From Promethearchaeota archaeon (GTDB taxonomy: Archaea; Asgardarchaeota; Lokiarchaeia; Sigyniarchaeales; SOKP01), in assembly GCA_048939015.1 (NCBI GenBank), contig JBHLPW010000004.1:1-64000 (forward strand): a DNA stretch of 64,000 nucleotides, written 5' to 3'. The notes beneath the pieces were generated by a model that ran no database searches, was not told the DNA's origin, and saw nothing but the letters and a program-made list of their open reading frames with translations. This document shows positions 30,393 through 39,235 of this stretch, one piece after another. Each line of letters starts with the position of its first letter. Position 1 is the first letter of the stretch. The translations under genes and the position numbers were made by a program.

Positions 30393-30413
30393 GATTTAGA
30401 GGTAAATAGAAAT

Positions 30414-31235
30414 TTGATTAAAATACTAATTTTAGGGCCAACTGGAAACACAAGCAAGCTAATAAGTCAATTAGCTATTAATGATGATGAAATTGAAGTC
30501 GTAGCAGCATGTGACATATCTCATATTGATGAAGAATTAGGGATTACTATAGGTGTGAATGATCCAAATAAAATAATAATAACTGATGTTAATAAATTAC
30601 ACGAAGTAATTAGTGATACTCAACCAGATGTAGCAGTTGACTTTACAGTTGCCCAAGCAACTGAAAAAAATTGTGTAATTTGTGCTGAAAATGGAATACG
30701 ATGTGTTATTGGTACTACAGCACTATCAGAGGATTTCTTTTTGAAGATGGAAGAACTTGTAAAAAAAAATAACGCACCGGCAGTAATTTCATCTAATATG
30801 GCGACAGGTGTTAATGTACTCTTTAAAATGGCATCATTATTAGCCAATTATTTAGGTGATTGGGATATTGAAATATTAGAAGCTCATCACCATCGAAAGC
30901 TCGATTCTCCTTCAGGAACTGCTCTTACACTAGCTCGTAATATAACTACTTCCCTGGGTGTAAAATTGGAGGATGTTGCTAAATATGGAAGGGATAGAGG
31001 TCCAAATAAAAGACAAGTTGGAGCTAGAAATGAGATAGGGATTCTATCAATTAGAGCAGGTGACATTGTTGGAGATCACACAATTTTATATGCGGGACCT
31101 GGTGAACGCATTGAACTTAAACATCAAGCTCATAGTAGAGAATGTTTTGCTAATGGGGCTATAAAGGCAATAAAATTTATTTTCCAAGCAAATAAAATCA
31201 AAATTTACTCTACAAATGAAGTGTTAGGTCTATAA
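30414..31235 (+). CDS. dapB: 4-hydroxy-tetrahydrodipicolinate reductase
   Basis: VDFT, VIGTT, SNMATG, EAHHHRKLDSPSGTA, RAGDIVGDH. Confidence 0.95.
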   Translation: MIKILILGPTGNTSKLISQLAINDDEIEVVAACDISHIDEELGITIGVNDPNKIIITDVNKLHEVISDTQPDVAVDFTVAQATEKNCVICAENGIRCVIGTTALSEDFFLKMEELVKKNNAPAVISSNMATGVNVLFKMASLLANYLGDWDIEILEAHHHRKLDSPSGTALTLARNITTSLGVKLEDVAKYGRDRGPNKRQVGARNEIGILSIRAGDIVGDHTILYAGPGERIELKHQAHSRECFANGAIKAIKFIFQANKIKIYSTNEVLGL

Positions 31236-31311
31236 AAACATCCTTTGAGCTAATAATTAGATAAATCATATTTTTCTAAGGAGAGAAAGAATTATCATAT
31301 GAAATTCTTTT

Positions 31312-33078
31312 TTAGAATTCTTTAAATAATCGAATAGTAAATTTAGCACCTTTATTCCTTCCTTCTGATTCAATAAGAATTTCACCATTATGCAAATCAA
31401 TAATTTCTTTTGAGATAAAAAGGCCCAATCCCGCACCTTCTATATCAACATCTAAATCCATTCCATAACGTTCAATTTTACCGAATTTTTTAAATAAAAT
31501 CTCTTTCTCGTTGTCGGTTATACCAACTCCAGAATCTTTTACCTCAATATCCACATTTTTATCTGTCTCTCTAAGTTTAATTGTAATATTTCCCTTCTGT
31601 GGAGTATTTTTAATTGCATTAGACAATAAATTGATAATCACTTGTTCCAACCTCAATTTATCTGTATCAAAATATAAATTAGCAGGTAGTTTACTTTCCA
31701 TAGTTAAATCTCTACTTTTTGCTAAATATTCCATTTCTCTAATACTCTTTTCAATAATTACTACTAAATCTTCGTTCTTCTTTACTAATTTTAATTTACC
31801 AGTATCTAATCTCGATGTATTTAAAAGATCTTCTATCAATTTTTTGAGACGTATGCTACCATCATATAAAATTTCTATTAAATTTGAGATACCAAGATTA
31901 GGTAACTGATTTTTCTTTTCTGCTAATAATTGAGACACTCCATATATTGATGTTAATGGTGTTTTCAATTCATGAGAGATTCTGGTGATAAGATTTTTTC
32001 GCATTTGATCAAGTTCTTTTAATCTTACATTCTCTTCATAAATCAATTTATCAAATTCTTTTTTTTCGGTTATATCTACACCAACATTTAAAGTTGCTGG
32101 TTTACCTTGATATATAATTGAACTGCTATAAATATCTAACCATCTAATACTTCCATTTTTGGTGATGATTCTTATATCTTGTCGATTTTTTCCATAGCTT
32201 TCTCCAGATTGGGATGTATAAAAAAGATTATAAACTTTATCGAAATCTTCTGGTAGTATTAGTTTTTCATATAATTCTTTTGGCTTCCATGCTTTTATCT
32301 CCTCAAGCGAATATCCCATAAAATCGATTAATTTAGGATTGATAAATTTAAATAAATCATCTTGTATAATTGCGATTGATACCTCTGAAAATTCAGCAAT
32401 CGATCTAAATTTTTCTTCAGATTCCCTTAGATTTTGCTCCACTTTTTTCCGTTCGATTATCTCATTTGTTAATTTTGTTAATGCAACAGCCATATCAGCT
32501 TTAGTGGCTTCATCCGTGCTTAATAGTTTTTCAATCTCTTCTTCAATAGTAAGATCTGAAGGTTCAACCATAAATTCGTCAAATTCATCTCCTTTAGCGA
32601 TAAACTTTGTTTGTATTGCCCAACAATTAGTTTTGAAATGTTTAGAACAATATCCTGCCATCTTTCCAGCTACCATACCACTCCCCCAACAAACACCCAG
32701 TGCTTTTTGGTATCGTCCTTCCCAGCTATCTTTAACCCGAAACCAGCACTTTTTTTCACTTTCATCAATTGAAATAAGCTCCCAATGACCCCAACCAGCT
32801 ACAGCAGCAATATTCGCAATCGCTTCAAACCCCTTTTTAAAATCTGAAAGCTTCATAAAAACCTGCCAATCAGCTTCCACACTTTTCCGCCCTTCACTTT
32901 GTAAAGCTAAATTGAAACGTTTAGGACCAACCATATACTGTAAACCGGACATTAAACCTGCAAGTGTTGAACCGACCCACATCATAGCCACAGGCAGTTT
33001 TTCGAATGTGCATGTGCCCTTTTCCGGTTCCCATTCAATAGTTATATTATTTACGTTTATTTTCATAGCAGATTTCAA
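31312..33078 (-). CDS. V4R-PAS-HisKA-HATPase sensor histidine kinase
   Basis: N-terminal V4R-like domain (AAVAGWG, DSWEG, FIAKGDEFDEF), PAS, ISHELKTPL, NLLSNAIK, DSGVG, GAGLGL. Confidence 0.88.
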   Translation of the reverse strand: MKSAMKINVNNITIEWEPEKGTCTFEKLPVAMMWVGSTLAGLMSGLQYMVGPKRFNLALQSEGRKSVEADWQVFMKLSDFKKGFEAIANIAAVAGWGHWELISIDESEKKCWFRVKDSWEGRYQKALGVCWGSGMVAGKMAGYCSKHFKTNCWAIQTKFIAKGDEFDEFMVEPSDLTIEEEIEKLLSTDEATKADMAVALTKLTNEIIERKKVEQNLRESEEKFRSIAEFSEVSIAIIQDDLFKFINPKLIDFMGYSLEEIKAWKPKELYEKLILPEDFDKVYNLFYTSQSGESYGKNRQDIRIITKNGSIRWLDIYSSSIIYQGKPATLNVGVDITEKKEFDKLIYEENVRLKELDQMRKNLITRISHELKTPLTSIYGVSQLLAEKKNQLPNLGISNLIEILYDGSIRLKKLIEDLLNTSRLDTGKLKLVKKNEDLVVIIEKSIREMEYLAKSRDLTMESKLPANLYFDTDKLRLEQVIINLLSNAIKNTPQKGNITIKLRETDKNVDIEVKDSGVGITDNEKEILFKKFGKIERYGMDLDVDIEGAGLGLFISKEIIDLHNGEILIESEGRNKGAKFTIRLFKEF

Positions 33079-33337
33079 TATTCTTAAATTATTGGAAATT
33101 CAATAAATTAAGCTATCTTTATTAAAGCTTTTATTCAGGATTTTATTCAAATCTGAAATATTTACTTTTATACTTTAATGTCAGATCTTTTGCTACAATT
33201 TTTTATCTAAATCCTTAATATACTTATGTTATTTAACACTTTTGACTTTAGAATTTAGTTTTAAAACTCGAATTAACTATGTATTTACTATTTAAATCAA
33301 TTAGAATGAAAGATCCTACAAACTGTAATTTTGAAAA

Positions 33338-33495
33338 ATGAGATAAAATTATAAAAGTAATCAGTGCAGATCAGTATTATCATCAATCTTCTTAGTTGAA
33401 AAACTTTCTGTAGATTTCATATTGCCAGCACTTCATCGAGAGCATTAAGGGGTATCCAAGCCCTAATAGTCCCACTTTTTATAATTTTATCTCAT
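33338..33495. repeat. 21/22-bp terminal inverted repeat pair enclosing a GC-richer structured core
   Basis: ATGAGATAAAATTATAAAAGT (33338-33358) and ACTTTTTATAATTTTATCTCAT (33474-33495) are reverse complements apart from one extra base. Confidence 0.85.
33361..33473 (-). ncRNA. Candidate C/D-box (kink-turn) small RNA
   Basis: Minus strand reads 5' hairpin, then TCGATGA (C), 12 nt, ATGA (D'), AATCT...AGATT stem-loop, TGATGA (C'), 15 nt, CTGA (D). Confidence 0.55.
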
Positions 33496-33517
33496 AATTA
33501 AAAAGGAAATTTAGGTT

Positions 33518-34471
33518 TTAATTCTTTTTCCACATTCGATCAATCAATATTAGTATAATCGGTATAACTATTTGAATTATTTCTGAGGCAAGAGTAGCTG
33601 GTATAAACTCAAAAGTCATATTTCCTATTGCATGTAACAGTGCAGTAGATAACACACTTCCTCCAGTACGATTATAAAGCCAAGTAAGAATAATAGCTAT
33701 TTTTATAGTGTTTATTAGAAAAAGGATGAATCGAAAAGCAGAATCATATTGAGGTATATAAATAGGGGCGTGCCAAAATCCCCAAATTAGTCCTAGAAAT
33801 ATGCTTGCAACAAGAGGTGAATATTTTAATTGTATTTTAGGCAAAGCAAAACCACGCCAACCCGGTTCTTCATTAGTACCTGCTCCAAAGAAAAAAGTAT
33901 ACAAGAAAGTAAGTATTATTAATCCAAAAAGCTCAATTCCAGTGGGTAAAGGCATCCATACAACAGGTTGACCAAATCCTAATGTAATACCTATACCTAT
34001 TAAAAAAATCACTGGTAAATATAGAACTGCAATTATATAATATCCAAAATGTCCTTCAGGTCTTATATAGGATTTAAAAATAACCCTTATATCTTGATTC
34101 TTGGAAAACCCAGATGAAACAACCAAGGCGGGTAATAATCCCAGTAGAATAGCCCCTATTATGATTAAGAGGGGTAAATCACCAATTTTTATTAGATAAT
34201 TCAAAATAAAAGTGAATGTAGCGATCACCCAGATAATAAAAAAAATGATCCATTTGACTCTTGCTTTATTGAAATCTTGTTTATTGCCTGTTATCTTTGA
34301 GATAATAATTGCACTTAAAGCAGGAGCATAAATAGCAACTATAATTATTAATATGCTAAGTTCATTGGGGACTAAAATGTAAATTATAAATAAAATCCAT
34401 GAGAAGCTAAAGGTTAATATGAAGAAAATAATTAACGGATAACGCCTAATCGAGTTAATTAAATTAACCAC
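33518..34471 (-). CDS. CPBP family intramembrane metalloprotease (Abi/CAAX protease type II)
   Basis: NEEPGWRGF, WGFWHAP, LLHAIGN; about 9-10 TM. Confidence 0.9.
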   Translation of the reverse strand: MVNLINSIRRYPLIIFFILTFSFSWILFIIYILVPNELSILIIIVAIYAPALSAIIISKITGNKQDFNKARVKWIIFFIIWVIATFTFILNYLIKIGDLPLLIIIGAILLGLLPALVVSSGFSKNQDIRVIFKSYIRPEGHFGYYIIAVLYLPVIFLIGIGITLGFGQPVVWMPLPTGIELFGLIILTFLYTFFFGAGTNEEPGWRGFALPKIQLKYSPLVASIFLGLIWGFWHAPIYIPQYDSAFRFILFLINTIKIAIILTWLYNRTGGSVLSTALLHAIGNMTFEFIPATLASEIIQIVIPIILILIDRMWKKN

Positions 34472-34522
34472 ACTAATTCTCCTTATTAAATAACAAATTT
34501 TTTAGTGATCATAGAAAATTCG

Positions 34523-35848
34523 CTATTTTAAATGTTTTGGTACTATTTGAGACTTTAATAAATCATCAAATGTTTCTTTCTCTCGGATTTTGTATATATT
34601 ACCGTCATTTATTAAAAGTTCTATAGGTCTAGGCCTTGAATTATACGAGCTGCTCATAGTAAATCCATATGCTCCTGCATCTAATATCACAATGTAATCT
34701 CCCTCGTTCAATTTAGGTAATTCTCTTTCCTTTCCAAGAACATCTCCGGATTCACATATAGGACCTACAACATCATACTCCGCAGTTTCTCTTGTATTTT
34801 TCTTACAAGCAAGAATATGATGGTATGAACCATACATGGTTGGTCGAATTAATGTATGGAATCCCGCATCTAATCCAGCAAATAATTTATAACCATTATC
34901 TTTTATTGTATTTATTTGTGCTAAAATAATACTTGCTTCAGCAGAAATATAGCGCCCTGGTTCAATAAAAAGAAAAGGCTCACCAATTTCTCCTTTTTCT
35001 ACTATTTCTTGGAAATTATCAATTACAATTTCACTATATTTCTTTAAATCTAATGGATTTGCCTCTGGATGGTAGGGGATGCCTAAACCACCTCCAAAAT
35101 CTACAAAATCAAATTGAATTCCTATTTCATTTACTATCTTCTCTATTATATATAGATATTTTTCAATAGGTTTTTCATAATCTTTAGCATCAATAATACC
35201 CGATCCAATATGTTGATGAATCCCGAACTTTTTAAAGCCTACCTCCTTTGCTTTTTTATAAGTTTTAAGTAATTGACTTTCTAATATTCCAAATTTAATT
35301 TCTTTTCCTGCTGTTATAGTATGAGGGTGATGTCCTGCCCCAAATTCAGGATTAAATCTAAAAGAAATGATATCTTTTTCTTTTCCCCTTTTATCATAGA
35401 TTTTAGATAACCTGATTAATTGGCTATAACTATCTAAGTTAGTTAACACATCCTTATCAAGAGCAAATTCAAAATCATGATTCGTAAACATATTTCCTGT
35501 ATAGATTATGCGATCTGGAGATATTCCCGACTTTAAACACGAATAAATCTCTCCTGTTGATGAACAATCAAAGTATGATCCTTCTGATCTTAGTATTTTT
35601 AAAATAGATAAATTAGTGTTTGATTTTACAGCAAAATAGATTCTATTCTTTTTATAACTCGAATTTAGAATGTCCTTTAATTCTTTATATCTCTTTCGAA
35701 TCAATTGTTCATTCATAACATAAATAGGTGTACCAAATTTTTCTGCAATCTCCAATGTATTCATACTGGCAAAAAAAAGTTCTCCATCCCGGTATTCTAA
35801 ATCTTTTCTATTTAACCAATCTAAAAAATCCATAATATCATACATCAA
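34523..35848 (-). CDS. lysA: Diaminopimelate decarboxylase (exact start uncertain among nearby codons)
   Basis: FGTPIYV, FAVKSN (PLP Lys), KFG, HIGS, DFGGG, EPGRY, GPICESGD, GAYG, YNSRPRP. Confidence 0.95.
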   Translation of the reverse strand: MMYDIMDFLDWLNRKDLEYRDGELFFASMNTLEIAEKFGTPIYVMNEQLIRKRYKELKDILNSSYKKNRIYFAVKSNTNLSILKILRSEGSYFDCSSTGEIYSCLKSGISPDRIIYTGNMFTNHDFEFALDKDVLTNLDSYSQLIRLSKIYDKRGKEKDIISFRFNPEFGAGHHPHTITAGKEIKFGILESQLLKTYKKAKEVGFKKFGIHQHIGSGIIDAKDYEKPIEKYLYIIEKIVNEIGIQFDFVDFGGGLGIPYHPEANPLDLKKYSEIVIDNFQEIVEKGEIGEPFLFIEPGRYISAEASIILAQINTIKDNGYKLFAGLDAGFHTLIRPTMYGSYHHILACKKNTRETAEYDVVGPICESGDVLGKERELPKLNEGDYIVILDAGAYGFTMSSSYNSRPRPIELLINDGNIYKIREKETFDDLLKSQIVPKHLK

Positions 35849-35880
35849 AACTTTTAAAATGATTTACATCTTAGAACTCG

Positions 35881-36762
35881 TTAAACTTCAATTTTTTCAA
35901 TAATTCCATCGAAGACTTTTTCTATTGGACCTTCCATAAGTACTGTTTTGCCCGTATATGTTATTTTTAAATCTCCTCCGTCGTTATGAACTATTACAGG
36001 GGCATTTTTTTTAAAAATACCCAGGATCGTGCCTGCAACAACAGTGGCACATGCTCCAGTGCCACAAGATTTAGTAATTCCAACGCCTCTTTCAAAAACT
36101 CTTACAATACTCTCTTCATTCGAAAGAACCTTAACAAATTCAACATTTACTTTATTTGGAAAGCTATCATGAGATTCTATTGCCGCTCCATACATATTTA
36201 GTTGCTCATCATTAATTTGATTTTCGGTAAATATAACAGCGTGCGGATTCCCCATTGAAACGGCTGTAAAGTTAAAAATTTTGTCTAAAATCACGATATT
36301 TTCATTTACACATCGATCGACTGGATTATCTAAGATAACAGGAATTTCTTCACATTTTAGGATGGGTGGTCCCATATCAATTTCAACACTATTTACCTTA
36401 TCATCAATAATACTTAATTTAGCTAATAAGATCCCCTTAAGAGTTTCAATAGTTATCTCATCTTTTTTAACAATACTGTTCTCATAAATATATTTAGCAA
36501 AACATCTTATCCCATTCCCGCACATTTCCGCTTCTAATCCGTCATTATTAAATATCCTCATTTTAATGTCAGCGTTGCTGGATTCACATATAAAAATTAG
36601 ACCGTCTGCTCCTATTGAAAAATGAATTTCACATAATTTCAGTGCTAATGCGGATTTTTTATTTTCTGGAATATTCCATTTAATATCATCGATTATTATA
36701 TAATCATTTCCTAGACCATGATATTTACCAAAATCTAAATTTTCTAAAAATAAATGCTCCAT
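35881..36762 (-). CDS. dapF: Diaminopimelate epimerase
   Basis: KYHGLGNDY, GADG, EMCGNGIRC, SMGNPH, ERGVGITKSCGTG. Confidence 0.95.
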   Translation of the reverse strand: MEHLFLENLDFGKYHGLGNDYIIIDDIKWNIPENKKSALALKLCEIHFSIGADGLIFICESSNADIKMRIFNNDGLEAEMCGNGIRCFAKYIYENSIVKKDEITIETLKGILLAKLSIIDDKVNSVEIDMGPPILKCEEIPVILDNPVDRCVNENIVILDKIFNFTAVSMGNPHAVIFTENQINDEQLNMYGAAIESHDSFPNKVNVEFVKVLSNEESIVRVFERGVGITKSCGTGACATVVAGTILGIFKKNAPVIVHNDGGDLKITYTGKTVLMEGPIEKVFDGIIEKIEV

Positions 36763-36903
36763 GAACTCTCTAAAGTATATGCTTAAGACAATATTATTAA
36801 ATTTTATTCAACATATAAAAAATAAAAATCTAAAGTGAATTTTAATTAAAACTCATAATTATAATATAATATATTTTTTCAATTTGTTTCGGTAACTTTA
36901 ATA

Positions 36904-37461
36904 ATGAAATATAAAAAGACATCATTATCGATATTATTACTTTTAATGGTAATCCCAATTAATAATGTCTTAGCTTTCAATTATATTGATAATATGAATA
37001 ATGGGAATTATATTTTCTTCCTAATTGATTTAGATGTAGATCATAATATTGAACTTAGTCTTACGCATTCAGAAAGTGGAAATTTTACTCTTTTTTTATT
37101 TAATATACGACCTGTACAATCCTATATGAATGAGGATAACACATTAAGGAGTGTGATATTTAATACTCCACCAACAGTTGCATATAGCCTGGATGATAAT
37201 CCGTATATAAATTATACAGCAACTGAAGAAAAAATTTATTACATTGAAATAATATTAATCGACGGTGGACCAGATACTTTCTTTTTTACATCTACAATAA
37301 CTTATAGCAATGGTACAATTATAAATAAAGAATTAACAAGATATTACCTTCCAATAATACCTAGTTTCCCTCTCGAATACATGATAACTTCTATTTTAAT
37401 AACTGTCAGTTTTGTTTTAATTATATATAAAAAAAAGATGAACAATAAGCAACCTTTTTAA
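36904..37461 (+). CDS. Exported surface protein with C-terminal sorting-signal-like tail
   Basis: Signal peptide (KYKK plus hydrophobic stretch, VLA), beta-rich body, IPSF motif + TM helix + KKK tripartite tail. Confidence 0.65.
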   Translation: MKYKKTSLSILLLLMVIPINNVLAFNYIDNMNNGNYIFFLIDLDVDHNIELSLTHSESGNFTLFLFNIRPVQSYMNEDNTLRSVIFNTPPTVAYSLDDNPYINYTATEEKIYYIEIILIDGGPDTFFFTSTITYSNGTIINKELTRYYLPIIPSFPLEYMITSILITVSFVLIIYKKKMNNKQPF

Positions 37462-37542
37462 TATATCCAGAAATATCTTCTTCTAAATATTTTTTTGAAA
37501 TTTATCTTAAATCTCAACATTGGATGAATTAGTTGATAAAAT

Positions 37543-39216
37543 ATGTATGAGACTAAACCTTGGTTAAATTTTTATGATAAGCATGTTCCCGAACATATCG
37601 ATTATCTTAAGAGTACGATATATAATGCTGTAAAGCAAACTGCAGAAAGATATCCTGAGTCAATAGCTTATGATTTTATGGGATATGAATCCACATATAG
37701 ACAAATGATTGAAGATATTGATCAATGCGCTAAAGCTTTATATAATTTAGGATTAAAACAAGGGGATCGAATGACAATATCCATGCCAACCTCTCCTCAA
37801 GGAATTATCTGTTTTTACGCAATAAATAAAATCGGGGCTATTGCGAGCATGATCCATCCCTTAAGTCCTCCAAGTCAAATTGAGTTTTTTTTAAATCTGA
37901 GTAATAGTACACATCTGCTTACTCTTGATAAAGTTTATGCTAATGTCGAGAAAGTTATTGATAAGACACCATTAAAAATGACAATTCTAACTCAACTGGG
38001 CCCAGAACGAGTAGATGTACCTGAGAATCCTAAAATCCAATGGTGGAAATATATTATGGCAAAAAATTACGCTGAAATTCCTAAATCTAGTATGCAACCT
38101 GATGATATGGCGGTAGTGTTATATTCAGGGGGAACTACAGGTGTTCCAAAGGGTATAATGCTTTCTAATTTCAATTTTATAGCTGAAGGTACACAAGTCG
38201 CAACATGGATGGATTTATCTGATAAAGATTCAGCTCTTGCAATTCTGCCAATATTTCATGGCTTTGGTCTGGGAGTATGTGTCAATGCTGTATTTATGGG
38301 AGGAGGAAAAAGTATCTTAGTTCCATCATTTACTCCTGATCAAGTAGCTGATTTGATTAAAAGTAAAAATCCTACCTTACTATTTGGAGTTCCAACGCTG
38401 TACGAAGCTCTTAGTCGAAATGAAAAATTTCAAAAAACCAATTTGAGTTTCCTAAAAGCCGCATTTTGCGGGGCAGACACGCTCCCTCGGACTACTAAAG
38501 AGAAATTTGAAAAAATTTGTAGAGATAATGGATCTCAAGTACAACTTAGAGAAGGATATGGGTTAACAGAAGCGGTTACAGGAATTTGTGCCATGCCTTT
38601 AGGTGAATATAGGGAAGGAAGTATTGGAATTCCTTTTCCAGATATGTTGATGAAAATTGTTGAAACTGAAACCACAAAAGAAGCACCAACTGGCGAAGAT
38701 GGTGAATTATGTATAAGTGGTCCGGCGGTAATGTTAGGATATCTTAATCGGTCTGAAGAAACTGCGAAAACATTGAAAAAACATGATGATGGGAGAATCT
38801 GGCTTCATACTGGAGACATTGCTACAATGGATAAAGATGGATTCTTCTATTTTAAAATCAGATTAAAGCGAATGATAAAGTCATCTGGATTCAATGTGTA
38901 TCCAGCTCAAGTCGAAGATGTACTTTATAAACATCCAGATGTCCTTGAAGCATGTGTTATCGGTGTTCCTGATGAAAAACAAGTTCAAAAAGTAAAAGCT
39001 TTTGTAGTTCTAAAAGATCCAAATAAGGAAAGTAAAGAAATGGTAGTAAAATTAATTGACCATTGCAAAGCAAATTTAATCAAATGGAGCTGCCCTCGAG
39101 AAATTGAATTTAGTAAACAATTACCAAAAACTCTTGTCGGAAAAATTGATTTTAAACAATTAGAAAGCCAAGAAAAAGAAAATTTAAAAGCTGCAGGAAA
39201 ATTTGCTGGAGATTAA
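37543..39216 (+). CDS. Long-chain fatty acid--CoA ligase (AMP-binding)
   Basis: YSGGTTGVPKG, LPIFHGFG, EGYGLTE, WLHTGD, GFNVYP, PKTLVGK. Confidence 0.92.
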   Translation: MYETKPWLNFYDKHVPEHIDYLKSTIYNAVKQTAERYPESIAYDFMGYESTYRQMIEDIDQCAKALYNLGLKQGDRMTISMPTSPQGIICFYAINKIGAIASMIHPLSPPSQIEFFLNLSNSTHLLTLDKVYANVEKVIDKTPLKMTILTQLGPERVDVPENPKIQWWKYIMAKNYAEIPKSSMQPDDMAVVLYSGGTTGVPKGIMLSNFNFIAEGTQVATWMDLSDKDSALAILPIFHGFGLGVCVNAVFMGGGKSILVPSFTPDQVADLIKSKNPTLLFGVPTLYEALSRNEKFQKTNLSFLKAAFCGADTLPRTTKEKFEKICRDNGSQVQLREGYGLTEAVTGICAMPLGEYREGSIGIPFPDMLMKIVETETTKEAPTGEDGELCISGPAVMLGYLNRSEETAKTLKKHDDGRIWLHTGDIATMDKDGFFYFKIRLKRMIKSSGFNVYPAQVEDVLYKHPDVLEACVIGVPDEKQVQKVKAFVVLKDPNKESKEMVVKLIDHCKANLIKWSCPREIEFSKQLPKTLVGKIDFKQLESQEKENLKAAGKFAGD

Positions 39217-39235
39217 TCTAACTCAGATTAAAACA

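Noticed and set aside
33380-33420. AUGA...AAAG...GA hairpin as a eukaryote-like SECIS element
   Set aside because: The helix above the core has only 5 clean pairs, and I found no in-frame UGA selenoprotein candidate in the flanking genes; the C/D-box reading explains more of the sequence.
33418-33491. Short minus-strand frame DKIIKSGTIRAWIPLNALDEVLAI* as a gene remnant
   Set aside because: No start codon or RBS at its 5' end and no recognisable homology; better explained as RNA structure.
33338-33495. Lysine riboswitch, suggested by the surrounding dap/lys genes
   Set aside because: The element lies downstream of lysA and the CPBP gene, not in a 5' leader of a lysine gene, and lacks recognisable L-box consensus.
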